64,000 bases of DNA from the human T2T-CHM13v2.0 reference genome, Homo sapiens (GCF_009914755.1 NC_060939.1), one strand, 5' to 3'; positions 44,690 to 61,827 are shown, counted from the stretch's first letter. Numbers and translations are program-made. Notes: a model not told the origin generated them from the letters alone.

Positions 44690-46063
44690 GATTAGGAGAC
44701 AAATTCCAGCAAGACCACATTTTGTATTCTGTTGAAAAACAAAATTTTGAAAATAGTTTTAAATGGTAGAATACACAGTTCTGCTCTCTCTATATCTCTC
44801 CAACTTACAAATTTTATCTTGGAAATGATAGATTTACTTACTGTCCATTTTTGAATTAAAAAGGAAGGAGGTTCAGCATTCAACAATAATAATTTAGGTA
44901 CCAGACCTGCATGGGGGTTGGATATATAAAACCTGATTTAAATACTTTATCTGCTTATTTTAAATGTTTCATATTTATCATTTGTGTGTACATGTATAAT
45001 ATTTTAGAAATAGTTATTTTACCTTATGGCAACTATTCAAAAATATGTGCCCCCTTAAAAATTTGTTTCAAGCTATACAGGAAGTTAAAAGAGCAGATTG
45101 TCTGGCTCAATACCAGGTACCTGGCACACCTATTATGACGCTATAAGTTCATGTTGCTCTTTCCCTTGAAACCTTGAGTGTGTTTTGTGCCACCTAGGTG
45201 ACTGGGTGAGGTAGGAGACACCCACAACCAGTTCTTAGGCAGGACCCTCCCCACAGCTGTGGCAAGGCAAGGCCCCCAAAGTCAAAAGAGAGAAGCCCTG
45301 GAGTAGCAGCAAACCCGACAGGCAGGTTTAGAGTCTGGGCCCTAATTCTGAAGGACAGCATCCCAAAGTCAGAGCTGGACCCAAATGGACAACCATCAAA
45401 CCAGTAAGACCGTCAGAAGCAGTAAATGCAACAGGGGAAAGGTGGGGCCCAGACCATGAGGAATTCCAGAGCTGGCCTGTGATGTGCAGTCTTACAATTA
45501 CTGTCAGTCTCTGAGGCCGCTAGTGGCCTGTCTCTAAGAGTTAAAGGTGTCGATGAAGGATGAACATGTTTATAAATTCCTTAAGTGTTATGTTAGGATC
45601 TCATTTAAGGACAGCGATTTGGTGTTACCTGACCCAACACTCCGAGATAATGGTCCAGGCAGGATGGAGAAGCAGGAGGATTTCTCCCCTTAAAGAAGCA
45701 GCAGTGTTGGGGTCCTTGTCCTAGAGGGATGGCTGAACCTGGTGGAAGAAGGGCATCCCAAGCAGGCTGCCAGAGCAAGGAAGGGCCAGGTGTAGGGGCA
45801 GGGTAGGTTGCAAGACAAGGGAGTAGCAGTCTAAATAAGCAAAGTAGGAATTAGCCTCAGTGAATTCTGGAGACTAAGCCAGAACTGGTACAGGGAGGTA
45901 AAGAAGATTGTATTAACAAGATTGTCTACTGGGGAGAATGTTAGATATTGTTCAATGTCCTTTGGAGTGGAGGTGAGACTCGAAGAGGATGGCCATAGAT
46001 AATAACAAAGAGTCTACTAATTTGCCTTCTAAGGAGGGTGACAGATTCAATAGCCAAAAAGCT

Positions 46064-46493
<430 letters not shown>

Positions 46494-46624
46494 CTAAAGA
46501 GAGAGACACAATACTCATCTAGATGATGATGTCTGAGGGTGTTTCCCTGTGGTATGGATGTTAACTCTCTCCTCCATTCCTCCCCTCTCCCCAAAGAAAT
46601 CTTCAGCAAATTCCATCTTAATTA

Positions 46625-47051
<427 letters not shown>

Positions 47052-48719
47052 TCAGATAGCCCCCTCTTAGCCCTGGGTGCCTCCTTCCCTGGATAAGATT
47101 GAACAAAGGTCTCCACCTGCTTACCTGGTAGAAGTTCCGCATACTTCCTAGCATAAGGTGGAAGGTGAAATCTTGTGACCGCTTTTCCAGCCCATATTTC
47201 CCCTAGCAGTATAGATAGAGAGCTAGCTGGGTGATCACTGGGAATTTAGCAACTTTTCCATGAGAATAGTTAGGCTCTTATCTTGGTTCCCCAGGAACAT
47301 CTTTGGGGTATGGAGTTGGGTGTAGGTGAGCTGAATGTAGAGCTAAAAATGTGGTGAACCTGCCTGCACAGGGGCAACTGGCTTTTAAAAAAAGAGTGTG
47401 TGTTGGGTGACTTAAGGGCCCACTACAGACTCCTTCAATTATCAGCTTGGGCAAACAGTCTAAATACGTTGTTTTGTGCTGTAATGAGAATATAGTTCCT
47501 TCTGGACAAAGAGAAAAATATGGTGATATTAACTTCTAGCTTGAAGTAGAATAAGTGAAGCTCCAGTCTTTATTAATAAGTAGATGATCCAATGTTAGTG
47601 AAGTGGCTTTTATGTGCCAATAAGTTGTGTTTAGCAGTCAGGAATAGAACACATTTATCCCTTCCCCCACAGCCTTCTCCTCAGTCCATGCAAAACAAAT
47701 TGGAGTGAAACAACACCATCTGCTCATTTCACACTCAGTGAAGAAGCACGTCAACTCCTTCTCAAGGTTAGAAAGTCCAAACTCAAAAAGACACTCCTCT
47801 AGTTATGCAGAAAAAAAAAAAAAAAAAGCCTCCTGAAAGCAAGAACCCCATAGGCTTAGAAGAGTCCCATATTTCCCAAAACATGACATTGCAAGGGCTG
47901 AGTTGATGAGGGCTAAAAAGCTGAGGGCTTCCTTATGAGGGTGTCACATGGCTTTGTTTCACTAGCTAATTGTATTTCTATGATTTTGTGCCTCTGATTT
48001 AGATGGAAAGAATGGCAGTAGAAAAAGACTATCAATAATTACCATAGTTCTTGTATCCCGGTGTTGGGAGGAAAAGAATAAAGAAGAAAGAGAAGTCTGG
48101 CTCAGTTTGAGAAGGCTGTTTTGTTCTGATAATTTTCTTTTGTGTAACAACCACTTTTCTTTTGGCAATCACTTTAAAAAATCTAAATACTTAAATTAAA
48201 CTCCATTATTTTATCCAGAGATGAGGCTTTGAATTAGGGAGGAAACTGAGCCATTTGAGTGTCCCTCTATTTACTGTGCTCAGCCAAACTCTGCATTCAG
48301 AAGTAAAGATAAGAGAAAGTTCTTACTAATTCATATGAATGCCCCAGAAATTAGAGGAGGGCAGTCCTTTGGCCTTGCTAACAATTCTTAATCTCCACAC
48401 AGTTATAACCAGCCACCTATTTTTAAAATGCTGTTCCCAAGAAGAACCCTGGTGCGATAGGTGGCTGGACTTGTTTTAGAGACCAGATATTTGCAATACA
48501 AAGTCTGAGAAGAATCAAGTCTTGCACCAACTATAGCATACCTCACTGGTACTGATAATTTATGATATTCTTGGAGAAACAGGAGATTAACATAAAAGGA
48601 TAAATTGTGGCATGCCAAGTACCAAACAAGTGTGCATTATGTAAAATCGTACATCTTTTTATTCACAAAGCTCTTGTGCCAGAGTTTTGAGATTTGGTGA
48701 ACAAGACCACATTAACTTG

Positions 48720-49265
48720 AATTCATCCATCCATTCAACCATCTGTCAGTGTGTCCATCTGCCCAGCAAACATTATACCACTGCCTATGGTGCCAGCCCT
48801 CAGAGTTACTGAGACAAATAAGGCATGGTCCCCGTCCTGGTGGGGGAGTCAGACTTGCAAATCATAATACCTCAATAAGTGAAATCACAGAAGTATGTTC
48901 AAGGTGGACAGGTAATCAAAAAGGAGGGAGCAGTTGAAATATGAAAGAAAGATTGCAATTTACCAGGCATGTGCATTCTAATCAGAAGGCACAGCTTGAG
49001 CAAAGCATGGAGGCATGACAAAGCACAGGGTATCCAAGGAGCTAGAAGCCGTGTGATATTGCTGCGGGGGTTTGAGTGGCAGTGATAAGAGATGAGCCCA
49101 GAGAAATAGGTGCAAGCTAGAGAAAGTCAAACCTCATAGGCCATGTTTAGACATTTCTCTGTAGACAATAGGCAACACTGGTGGGATTTCAGGAGGGCAT
49201 GTGTTTAGAATAATTTCTGTGATGGCAATGAGGAAAACTATGATGCATAGAGGAGGAAAGTGAGA
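48720..49265 (-). mobile_element. L2 3' fragment
   Basis: attcatccatccattcaacc antisense L2 end; aaataaggcatggtcccc. Confidence 0.65.
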
Positions 49266-50360
49266 AAAGTATAGAAAACCCAAAGGGGCAAGTTGTCACT
49301 GTGTTCACCAGGCTTTTTAAAGCTTTGATCCTATTTCAGCCTTTGTATTTCCAGACTGGGAAATGCCAATGTGAGACAACTTAGTGTTTGCAATATCACG
49401 GATCTCATAGAAACTAATATTATTTTTAATAGTATATTAGGGGTCAAGCATAGTATGGAGTCTGCTTGTGGCCAAGAGGCCTGGGGACTCCAGCTATCCC
49501 AGGCCCCACTCAACCAGTGCAAGGCTTGAGGGAATCAGTAGCTCAGCTCTACCTGTAACCCAATGGAGCTGCCCCTTGTGCCTCGATGCTACTCAGAGTC
49601 TATCTACATTGGAAACGAATGAAGTAGTAATAAATAAGCTCAACCAGGGTAGATCTGGAATCCAAACTCCAATTACAAGGTTTTTCCCTCCTAATCTAAC
49701 CACGCTGCCTCTTCAAGCTGTGCTTCAGGAGAATTACTCTCTTGGGGCATAGGAAAATTCATAGTTTATAAAAGCTAAACAAGGAAGCTGGGGATATTCA
49801 GAGCTGACCTCCTAGAAGATAATCATGTTCTCTTATTCTATCAAAGTCAGAAGAAGAAAAATGAATCGTGTGGTTCACAGGTTATTTTCCATGTTGATTA
49901 GCTCCATATCATTATTCATAGTTGATAAAGTATCTCTGTCATCCGATGTATATAGACACAGGAGTTTTTGGATAAACTATGAAAGAAACTAGTGAGTGAG
50001 TGATAAAGCTAGTAACAAAAAAGAAGAGTCCAGTTCTTCTGAGTTACAGCTGACTGTACTAACCGTGGTTACTTTTTCTTTCAGAGTTTTTGGCCAATAA
50101 TGTTATTTTTAATTTGCTATTTGGCCTATGAATAATTCATTTAAAAGAAAATCTCAATATCTTTTGAGCTTATTTTAGTGTCCTTATTTTAGGGCATTGA
50201 TTAAAATATCAGTCTGTTTAGCATATCAGCATGCTGCCTGTCAGTCTTCAGGAAAATTTCTTCTCTCTCTGGGCTGTTACACAGTTCTGGTGGATTTGTT
50301 GTATTGTATCACATTGCATTATGTTAAAATATTTCCTTCTTGCCATTAACTTTACAATCT

Positions 50361-50691
<331 letters not shown>

Positions 50692-53098
50692 TTACAATCC
50701 ACTTATTAAAAGCACATTCTAATTTTTTCCTTAATATTTGTTTCATTGTGATTAAAATAGCTAAACTGACAGTTTTGAAGTTATGTCAAGTTGGCAGAAA
50801 CAGTAAAAGTTATTTTTCCTCAACTTCATTTCTGTCTTCAAAGCACCACATCTAGGACTAAGAAAGAAATGTGTGCTGTTGGTAACATTCTACTTCTTAG
50901 TTGTCCTGCTGATACTGCCAACACAGTAGCCAAACAACTGTAATAATTTCTGGAAGGCATCTGTGACCTTGACACTTGGCCCATTATGAACGGCACCAAA
51001 CCCCTCCAACCATTTCCTATAGGTCTGAAAGCTGCTGTCAGGCAATAAAAGCTTTCAATTGTTACTGACTTGGGTTAGACTCATGTTCTACTTATAAATT
51101 TCCATTTAGTGTTTCTATTGGTGTTTGAATCAGGGAAAAGGTTTATTTGAAATCTTAAAATTCATTCCGTATTTCTTTCAATCAATATAAATCAAAAGCA
51201 GTCTCAGAAAATTGTCAATAAGTCTGGCCAAGTCAGAAGTAAATGTCAAGTCTTCTGAAGGTTGCATTTTCTCAAGGAAGCACTATTCAAGCATATTTGT
51301 TAGCTCAATTAGTCTTGATTTAGTAGCTCCATCAGTGAGCTAAGGCCTCTGGCACTAGCAGAGTAATTTGATTTCTAAGGTATCAGTAAGAGACTAAAAA
51401 CTATCCAAAATGGTAAATCCATGTCCTGAAAGCAGACGTACAGATCTTGACATTCTTGGCGGCATAGCAGTCAGGGAAACGTGATGATCTTTGACACTGT
51501 CTTCATCTGGGATCAGTGCCCCTCAATGTCACATGCCTGGGAACTCTGATTTTGACCATCAGTTCCCGGAGAGTGCTGGGAGGTGACAGGATGGATGTTC
51601 CTTTTGGAATGTCAGTTCCCTGAAGTGATCCTTTTACTTCTTTCACTGTCTTTAGTGGCAAAATGTACACGCTGACAGCCCTGAAGACAGCACTGCAGGG
51701 CATGTTTTAGAAAAGGAGAATGTTATTGTCAAAGCCTATCAATCTGGTCTCTTTTCCCCCTCACTTCATCCAGAGGCCACAAAACTAACTTTCTGCTGCT
51801 CAGACACGTACTTTGAGAAAGTGTAGTCACATTGTAACTGGGGCTACTTAGGACCTCAATCCAGTTGGGGAAGGGTGGCTTGCATCATCTAGGTGAGGGG
51901 TGAAGAGAACGGGACCAAGATAACCTAAACCACTGTATTATATCCTTCCCTCTCTTAACTCCCTGCTGAACTGATCTGACCAGTGTAACATACAAATTAA
52001 TTATTTATCACCTCCAGGAATTAGAAAGCAATCTGCCTGGCATTCCCGTCTCAAGGGTAAATCTAAGCTGGTTACAAAAAAGGGGAGGGTTCATTGGACC
52101 AAGACTGAGGAGTTTCACAAAATTGAAAGTGTAGTTGAATGGACTATAGGTGCAGAGATCCAGCTGGCCGTCAGGAACACCAGAAACTGGGATGTTAATG
52201 ACATTCAAATGTTGTCTCATTCATCACGGCTAAGATTCTGTATGTCAGCTTCATTATCTTTTGTTGGACACTCGTTTTCTCCACATGTTGAAAAACATGG
52301 CCTCAGACATTTCCTGGGTTTTAAATTTTAGACCTTAAACTACTGGTCTCACTCTCTCAGTACTTCAAGTGAAAGTATTATGGGTTTGATTTAGGTCGTT
52401 ACCCATAAATGAACCAGTCAACTACAGACAGTGGATCAGGGTAGTGTGATTAGCCAAGCTTGGGTCAGATGTCTGCACCAAGCTCAATTAACTGTGGCCA
52501 AGAGATGAAGGTCGTACTGTAATAATGTGGTAGCTCTAGTGGCAACCACGTGGTTGGAGGAGGAATGAATGACAGGCACACCCTCAGGTGTCCATTATAC
52601 ATAGCTAAAACAAAAAGCAAAACAATTCTTAAATAACAGAAAAGCAAAGATATATTTAGGCACAAATAAACATAAAGTCAAATCCAAAGCCAAAGCCATT
52701 TATTAAAGAGAGTAATTTTATTTTGATAAGTATATTTCAAAATAAAAAGATGTTAATAAGTTCTACAAAATCAAGTAACATATTATCAAAAACACAGTAA
52801 AACCTATGAGTGATATAAGAGGAAATGAATTGTGTATCTATAAAACCAAAGAGATTCCATTAAAAAGCTATTTGAATTGATAAAAACCAAGTTCAATAAA
52901 ATGGTGGGATGAGATAAATACACAAAAATCAATAGTTAGCCTGTATAACAGCAATAATGTATTAAAAATGTGGTGAAAAGGAAATCCTATTCCTAATAGC
53001 ATCGAAAATATAATAATGGTAGGGAGTAGACTGGAATGAATATTTGATTGAATTAGTATAAAATTTATTCAGAAGAATAAAACATAAAGAATAACACA

Positions 53099-53400
53099 GG
53101 CTGGGCTTGGTGGCTCACACCTGTAATCCCAGCATTTTGGGAGGCCAAGGCAAGTGGATTGCTGGAGGCCAGGAGTTCAAGACTAGCCTGGCCAACATGG
53201 AGAAACCCCGTCTATACTAAAATTACAAAAATTAGACAGATGTGGTGGTGCATGCCTGTAATTCCAGCTACTTGGGAGGCTGAGGCACAAGAATCACTTT
53301 AACCCAGGAGGCGGAGGTTGCAGTGAGCCAAGATCACACCACTGAAGTCTGGCCTGGGTGACAGAGTGAGACGCTGTCTCTCAAAAATAATAATAATAAC
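53099..53400 (+). mobile_element. AluS
   Basis: dimer with (TAA)n tail. Confidence 0.95.
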
Positions 53401-53901
53401 ATACATGCACACACACGGACATATATGTTAAAGGCAAGAATAATGAAGGGTAGTTAGCCTTGCCAGATATTAGAATTAAAGCAGTATAGTATTGATGCAA
53501 AAATAAACAAATAAATGAACAAAATAAATAATCTTGAAATTGATCGTGATATACTTCAAATATGAATATGTGATAAAAGACTGCATAAACCAAAGAATGA
53601 GAAACTATTATTCAGCACAGAGTATTGGGACAACCAGTGGTTATGTAAAAAGAGAGTGGCACATTACTAAAGTTAAGAATCAACCAGGAATCTGGTCAAG
53701 TTACTTGTGGCAAATATGATAAAAATTCATTTTTGACTCATTAAAAGCTCATTCAAATCAATAAGAAATTCCAGTAAGCGGTGTTTATAAAACCGTATAA
53801 AGACTCAACAATCTTACCTCAAAGGTGGTAATACAATTGGTACAACACTTTGGAATTTAATAAGCAATACATTTCAAGAACATAAAAAATATTCACATTC
53901 C

Positions 53902-54137
<236 letters not shown>

Positions 54138-54848
54138 CACATTTCTTTATTCAATAATTTTTTCCTTGGTAAACCATCTTGACAAGATTATTTGAAAAAC
54201 TGAAATGTATTATGGACCAATCTACTCATCACTACATATATACTCATTGCCACATTACTATATAAAATAGTAACCCTGTTGTCCTCTAACCCTGTTTTCC
54301 TGTTTTTCTTTTCATGGCATTTATTATCACCTGACATTTGTTTATTACCAGTCCCTCCCCAACCACTAAAATGTAAGCCCCATGAGAATTGGACTACTTT
54401 GTTCACTACTATATTTCCAAGCCCCAGAACCCTGCCTAACATACCCTAGGAAGTTGATAAATAGTTGTGGAATGAAGAAACAATTTCAAACATCCCACAA
54501 TAAAGAAATGATTTGGACAATTATGATTTATCTATTCAATATAATATTATGAAGCAATTATATTTATTTATAGGAATAATAACATAACATGGGGGAAGTA
54601 TTTATAATGAAATGTTTAAGAAGAATATAGTTTCACACGTATATTATGATTACAAATACAGAAAAAGAAACTTTGTGGAGAGAAATAGAAATGGAAGGAG
54701 ATATCACCAAACATTAAGAGTGGTGTGGGAAAAGAGAATACAGGTACTTTTCCTCTTCTATCTAGTTTTGGGCATTTCCTAGGGGTGCCACAACACGCAT
54801 TTCTTTAATATTGGACAACTTGATAAATGCAATATATAACAAGAGAAG

Positions 54849-55209
<361 letters not shown>

Positions 55210-56153
55210 AAACAAGGGAAGATTTTTAAAAATCACCCATGATAAGAGGATACGATTTCAAATTAAAATAATGACAAGTAGGGAAAAGGTTGGGAACAGT
55301 AGAAAATTATAAGTTAATGTTTTGGTTTATTTTAGTATAATTAGATAAGTTTGGGTTTAAGAATATGAAAATATAGAAAGCTGATTATCCTTTGAGTCAC
55401 TAGACAAAAACATAGTCTATTTTGCTTACTCCTGTCATTCAACCACATTACTACCCTTAAGTTCCTCCTATGTAGAAATTCTGAAACTAACAGGTGACTC
55501 TAAATACTCCTCCTGCAGTGTTGCCCCAGCCACTGCAGTTCTTGGGTGTCCACCCGAGGGTGTGTGGGGGAGAGAATCTAGACCCCTAGTTCAAGGAACC
55601 AATAGACTGGCCTTCCTCTGCCCCCTGGGCCTCCGCCTACTGACCCAGACACCAGAGGCTGTGTTAAGCTGGGCCGGGCTCTTCACAGTCTAACGTACTC
55701 AATGCAATACATTGGCTTAGTGTCACCATGGAGTCAGAACCCCTCATCCTGGTGGCCATTGTTCTGTGGGCTTGTTTTATAATGTTCTGCGCTTCCTCCT
55801 TAGCATTACAAGCTCTCAGTGCTGAGCCTCTGTCCCAACCATTTCCTTTGTTCCCCCCGGAAGTCCCATTGGATTGTAAACAGATGCCTCCACATCCACG
55901 GTCCTCACACAGGCACTCCTTCTATCTCCTGCTTTATTTGAAATCTGGCACTCTCCCGAGGCCACTTCTGCAGACCTCATTTGTTCAGATATCAAGTGAC
56001 CAGTAGGTGTTGTTAATAATCTCCTGACTGTCCCCTCCCTGCCATTTCACCATCATTTCACTTATATTCTTGGTCAAAAACAAACAAACAAACAAAGCCA
56101 AGCAAAACAAACTCAAACAAAACAAGAATTCTGTCGGATTCTGATAATCTTGT

Positions 56154-56496
56154 TGTCTTAGTCCATTTGGGCTTCTATAAAAAAAAAATACCATAAACTG
56201 AGTGGCTCACAAATAACAGAAATCTGCTTCTCACAGCTCTGGAGCCTGGGAAGTCCAAGATCAAGGCGACAACAGATTCAGTGTCTTGCTGAGGCCCACT
56301 TTCTCATAGATGGCGGCCTTTCCTTGTGTCCTCACATGGTGAAAGAGGCAAGGCAGCTCTCTGTGGCCTCTTTTATAAGCACACTAATCCCATGATCCAA
56401 TCACCTCTGAAACACCCCACTTCCTAATACCATCACCTTGGTGATTAGGTTTCAACATATGAATTTTGGAGGAACACAAATATTCAGACCATACCA
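56154..56496 (-). mobile_element. MLT1A0-like LTR, complete
   Basis: tgtcttagtccatttggg ... gggaagtccaagatcaagg ... attcagaccatacca. Confidence 0.9.
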
Positions 56497-57126
56497 CGTG
56501 ACGTCCAACTCAGTGTCTTTTTTCCCCCCATTTCATGACTGACTTCTGACCCACTCCTCAAGAATCTTAAGTGTACAATGGCTTACACTCTTTCTCTCCT
56601 CCACTTCATGTCTTGCCATCCTAGATGATTTCATTGGCCTGTGGACGACACATCTTTTAGCCACACTGTCCCTGCTCGCTGCCTTCTCTCTCTCCCCACC
56701 ACCTTCAACACCTAGGAGGAGATTGCATGGCAACACAGAGGGCAGGAAAAGGCCAATACCAAATAACATTCTCATTGGCTCCTTCTCCAGAAGAACCTGG
56801 AGAGAGACAACTCTCTTTTTTGTTTCCCAATCAGTAGTAAAGTTGAGGGTGCCTTCTGCTTGGGAGTTTCTCAGTGAGTATGGCCCAGCAGGGATAAAAG
56901 AAAGGGGCCAAAACACAGGTAGCCCTTATAAAGGACATAAGCAAAATGCTTAAATGAGATTCTTGAGGTTTTTATGTTGTCTAGTTCAGCACTCCAGTGT
57001 TGGAGAGCAGATTGTGGGGAGATGGGGAGGAGTCATAGCTTGGAATAAGGAGTTTGGTTGTCCTCTGGTAATCTCTTTTTTTGGCTGCCTCAAATCCTCT
57101 GTGGAAAGCAGCTTGCCATATGCATG

Positions 57127-57130
<4 letters not shown>

Positions 57131-57168
<38 letters not shown>
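57131..57168. repeat. (TG)19 microsatellite
   Basis: direct reading. Confidence 0.97.
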
Positions 57169-57169
<1 letters not shown>

Positions 57170-57379
57170 TATACAAGCTCAGTGACAGGCAACCAGATAC
57201 AGCTGAGTCCAGAGCAGTTAAAAGGAAATCCTGAACATTTCCAAAACATACAAGTAACACACCAAAAAGCAAATGATGCACCAAATACTGTTACCTAAAA
57301 TTTCTTGGCTTCCTTGACTCTCCTTCAATATTCTAGTCTGAGATACATAATCTTCTATCTTTATGTTCTTACTTCTTAC

Positions 57380-57900
57380 TTATACATAGAAAATCTACTC
57401 TGATCTTCTTAAGTGCTCTAATTCCCAGACACCCTCATTTTCCCCTAGTCATTCTGCCCATTCTGGATTTATTTCCTTCCCTATATAGTCTAAACCATGT
57501 CACTTATCACTACAATTCACTTTTCGGCATCCTTGAGTCCTTCCATTCTTGTTTTTTTCATTTCTTTGCCCATGCCTAGAAATCCCCAACTCTAGGCCAA
57601 TCCAACTATCCACCTTCTCTTCTCTTACCATTTATTGCCTCATGAGTACCACATAGAGAAGAATCACAAATGTATTATTACTAATTTCAGCCAGGCCCCT
57701 AAATTGTTCCCTCTCTTAATCCCCTGTGTGACTCTTCCAGGATTTTACCACTCTCCTCAAACACTCTACCATCTAGCAGCAGATGACTTTGCTGCCTACT
57801 TCATGGAGGAAGGATATTAAGACCCTCAAGAATGAACTTTGTATCCTCTCACTTATCTATCTCTGCCTCCTTCCTTCCTGGTTCCTCCCATCCAAGCAAA
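57380..57900 (+). mobile_element. L2 internal fragment
   Basis: pyrimidine-rich; gcagatgactttgctgcctacttcatggag L2 motif. Confidence 0.6.
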
Positions 57901-57965
57901 TCCCTTGACCTGGTATCTAAATTCCTTCCCTTCCACAATTTAAATAATCTTTATATCAACACTAA

Positions 57966-58291
<326 letters not shown>

Positions 58292-58479
58292 TAAATATTT
58301 ATTCTTTAGACAAATATGTATTAAGCACCAGGTACCAGGCTGGGCTATTGGGATAAAGTGACAAATAGAACCCAGTTACAAAAGATGCCTGTTGAATTGC
58401 TTGACTGGCACCCCTTTTCTGTGAATTGCATGCTCTGCTTTTATTTACTGGTTGGTTGCTCTGGGAGCTTCCATATTAC

Positions 58480-59324
<845 letters not shown>

Positions 59325-59539
59325 TCAGGATGTTGCCCCTTATTTTCAGTATTCATTAAGATACTACAAGAACTAAACACGTTCAAATACAGCTGAAGCC
59401 TGCCTGGGAACCACAGGGCCAGGGTGTGCCTCTGTTCTGTGAAGTTCTTTCGCCTTCTGCCAGTTGCCTGAGACTACTGAGGTCAGATAATCATGGGCTT
59501 TGCGGAATAACGGCTGCCAAATTATCTACTGCACCGTTT

Positions 59540-60070
59540 CTAAAGCTATCAATTATCCCCCTTCTCTCTTAAATTTTCAACACTTCCCTCTCTGTTGGCT
59601 CCTTACATCAGCATTTAAATCTACTCCCCTCTTAAAATCTATTCTAGAGTTACCAATTTTTCCTTCCTATTACAGGTAAACTTCTTGAAGTAGTTCATAC
59701 TCAGTGACAAGCCATAGCAAGTAGGTGGCCTTACTCTCTGCTGCAACTCACTTACTAAGGTTGTACTTGCCCACCTACCTTATCACTAAATACAATGAAT
59801 GGTTTCCAGGTCTTATCTTATTTGATCTTTCAGGAGTATATGACACTATTGACCACTTCTGCATTCCTGAAACACTTTTTCTTGGCTTCTGTGATACCAC
59901 ATGCTCCTGGTTTTCTTGTTACATGCCTGCTTGTTTCTTTGTAAGTTTCTTTTTTTGCTCTATGCCTTCAATGTGTTGGTGTTCTTCCAGTTTGGTCCCA
60001 GTCCTCAATCCTCAGTCCTGGTTCCATCCTAAACTCTCCTGGGGCAATCTCAATCACTCTGTTGGCATTA
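59540..60070 (+). mobile_element. L2 reverse-transcriptase region fragment
   Basis: ORF 59725-60090 contains LILFDLSGVYDTIDH...GFCDTTCSWF, similar to the LINE RT LDLSAAFDTVDH motif. Confidence 0.8.
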
Positions 60071-60166
60071 TTGTACCTACCCAAATATAAGACAGAGCCC
60101 TCTTACCCTCACCAAAATCAGAAAACAGGGAGTCACTTTATATTCTGACCCTTAGAAGTCCTTCAT

Positions 60167-60469
60167 GGCCAGTCGTGGTGGCTCACACCTATAATCCCAA
60201 CACTTTGGGAGGCCAAGGCAGGAGGATTGCTTGAGCCCAGGAGTTTGAGACCAGCTTAGGCAACATAGTGAGCCCTTGTCTATGCAAAAAACCAAAACAA
60301 TTAGCCTATACGGGTGTGGTGGTATGCACCTGTAGTCCCAGCTACTCGGGAGGCTGAGGTGGGAGGATTGCTTGAGCCTGGAAAGTGGAGGCTGCTTGAG
60401 CTGTGATTGTGCCACTGCACTCTAGTCTGGGCAGCAGAGACCCTGTCTCAAAAAAAAAAAAAAAAAAAA
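60167..60469 (+). mobile_element. AluJ
   Basis: ggattgcttgagcccagg; TSD AAGTC(C/G)TTCAT. Confidence 0.95.
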
Positions 60470-61000
60470 GTCGTTCATGTTACTGGATGCTCTCAACCAT
60501 TTTGAACAACAAAATGCTTTTTGGTGGAATACACATTAGCATGAAATGCTCTCATTCAATGCTCATACAAAGCCACCTGACAGAATTGGTAAGAAAGGAA
60601 ACAAATTGAACAGACTTTAAAATTACTTCTAGGGAAATATCTTCACACTTAGAAGTGTTGGATGTCCTTGTAAACAAGTCTTTAAAAGTCACTATAAAAA
60701 GCAATATGGTACATGAATATAATTACAGGATGAATGATGTAGTGTGATTAGATACTTGTGGCTTGGAATAAAATTCCCAGTGACAGCATTATATATAGAG
60801 TTAAAAACTTGGGTAGAAGTGAAGATGGTATGTCCTGGGAAATATGTTAGAGACTCAAAATGCGACACTTGTGATGATAAAGACACCATGAAGAATTTCA
60901 ATAAAATTATTTTAAAGATTATATTTATATAATACGTAATTTAAAGTAAGCATAATTAAATTAATATATTCAATATTATAAATAGAGCCCTGATTATTTC

Positions 61001-61380
61001 TTTTTTCCCAACTTTTTCTTTCTTATTTAATTTTTTTAACTTTTATTTTAGGTTTGGGGGTACAAGTGAAGGTTTGTCACACAGGTACTCATGTCACAGG
61101 AGTTTGCTGTATGGATTATTTCATCACCCTGGAATTAAACCCAGTACCCAAAAGTTATTTTTTCTGCTCCAGTCTCTCCTCCCACCCTCTACCCTAAAGT
61201 AGACCCGTGTCTGCTGTTTCCTTCTTTGTGTTCGTAAGTTCTTGTCATTTAGCTCCCACTTATAAGCGAGAACATGCGATATTTGGTTTTCTGTTCCTGT
61301 GCTAGTTTGCTGAGGATAATGGCCTGCAGCTCCATCCATGCTCCCGCAAAAGGCATGATCTCATTCTTTTTTATAGCTGC
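61001..61380 (-). mobile_element. 5'-truncated L1PA (older primate subfamily) 3' end
   Basis: antisense L1PA 3'UTR; perfect 17-bp TSD AGAGCCCTGATTATTTC at 60984-61000 and 61381-61397. Confidence 0.93.
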
Positions 61381-61455
61381 AGAGCCCTGATTATTTCATC
61401 TATATCTCTAAAAGTTTATCTGTTCAAGTTGGCCACAAAGTTTTACGGGGGGGGA

Positions 61456-61745
61456 TTGTTTTTGTTTTTATTTTTTGAGGCATGGTCTTGCTCTGTTACT
61501 CAGGCTGGAGTGCAGTGGCAAAATAATGTATCACTGCAGCCTTGACCTCCAGGCTCAAGTGATCCTCCCGAGTAGCTGGGACTACAGGCACACGCCACCA
61601 CACCTAGCTAATTTTTTTTTTTTTTTAATGTAGAGACCGGGTTTTGCCCTGTTGCCTACTCTGGTCTTGAATTCCTGGGCTCAAGCTATCTGCCTGCCTC
61701 GGCCTCCCAAAGTGCCGGGATTACAGGTGTGAGCCGCCGAGGGGC
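61456..61745 (-). mobile_element. AluJ
   Basis: tcactgcagccttgacctcc...ggctcaag diagnostics. Confidence 0.93.
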
Positions 61746-61827
61746 CTGGGGGAGTGGGGTGGATTCTAATTGGAAAAATGGAGGCTCACCTTATTTTCAG
61801 AAGCACCTTATACTCAGGCATATGTAG

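Larger units (their letters stand above)
60071..61827 (+). mobile_element. Tc2/pogo-type DNA transposon (Kanga-like) with transposase remnant, hosting Alu, L1PA and AluJ
   Basis: 60610-60687 translates TDFKITSREISSHLEVLDVLVNKSLK (pogo IPGG-TSQLQ-LDV-VNKP motif); AWNKIPSDSII at ~60761; MLLDA at 60477; degenerate TIRs containing tataag at both ends. Confidence 0.7.

Noticed and set aside
45186-45202. CTCF-like motif (minus strand CACCTAGGTGGCAC)
   Set aside because: Mismatches at informative 5' positions; such matches are frequent by chance.
45629-45688. 60-nt minus-strand exon candidate
   Set aside because: Weak AAG acceptor and GTAACA donor, no recognisable peptide.
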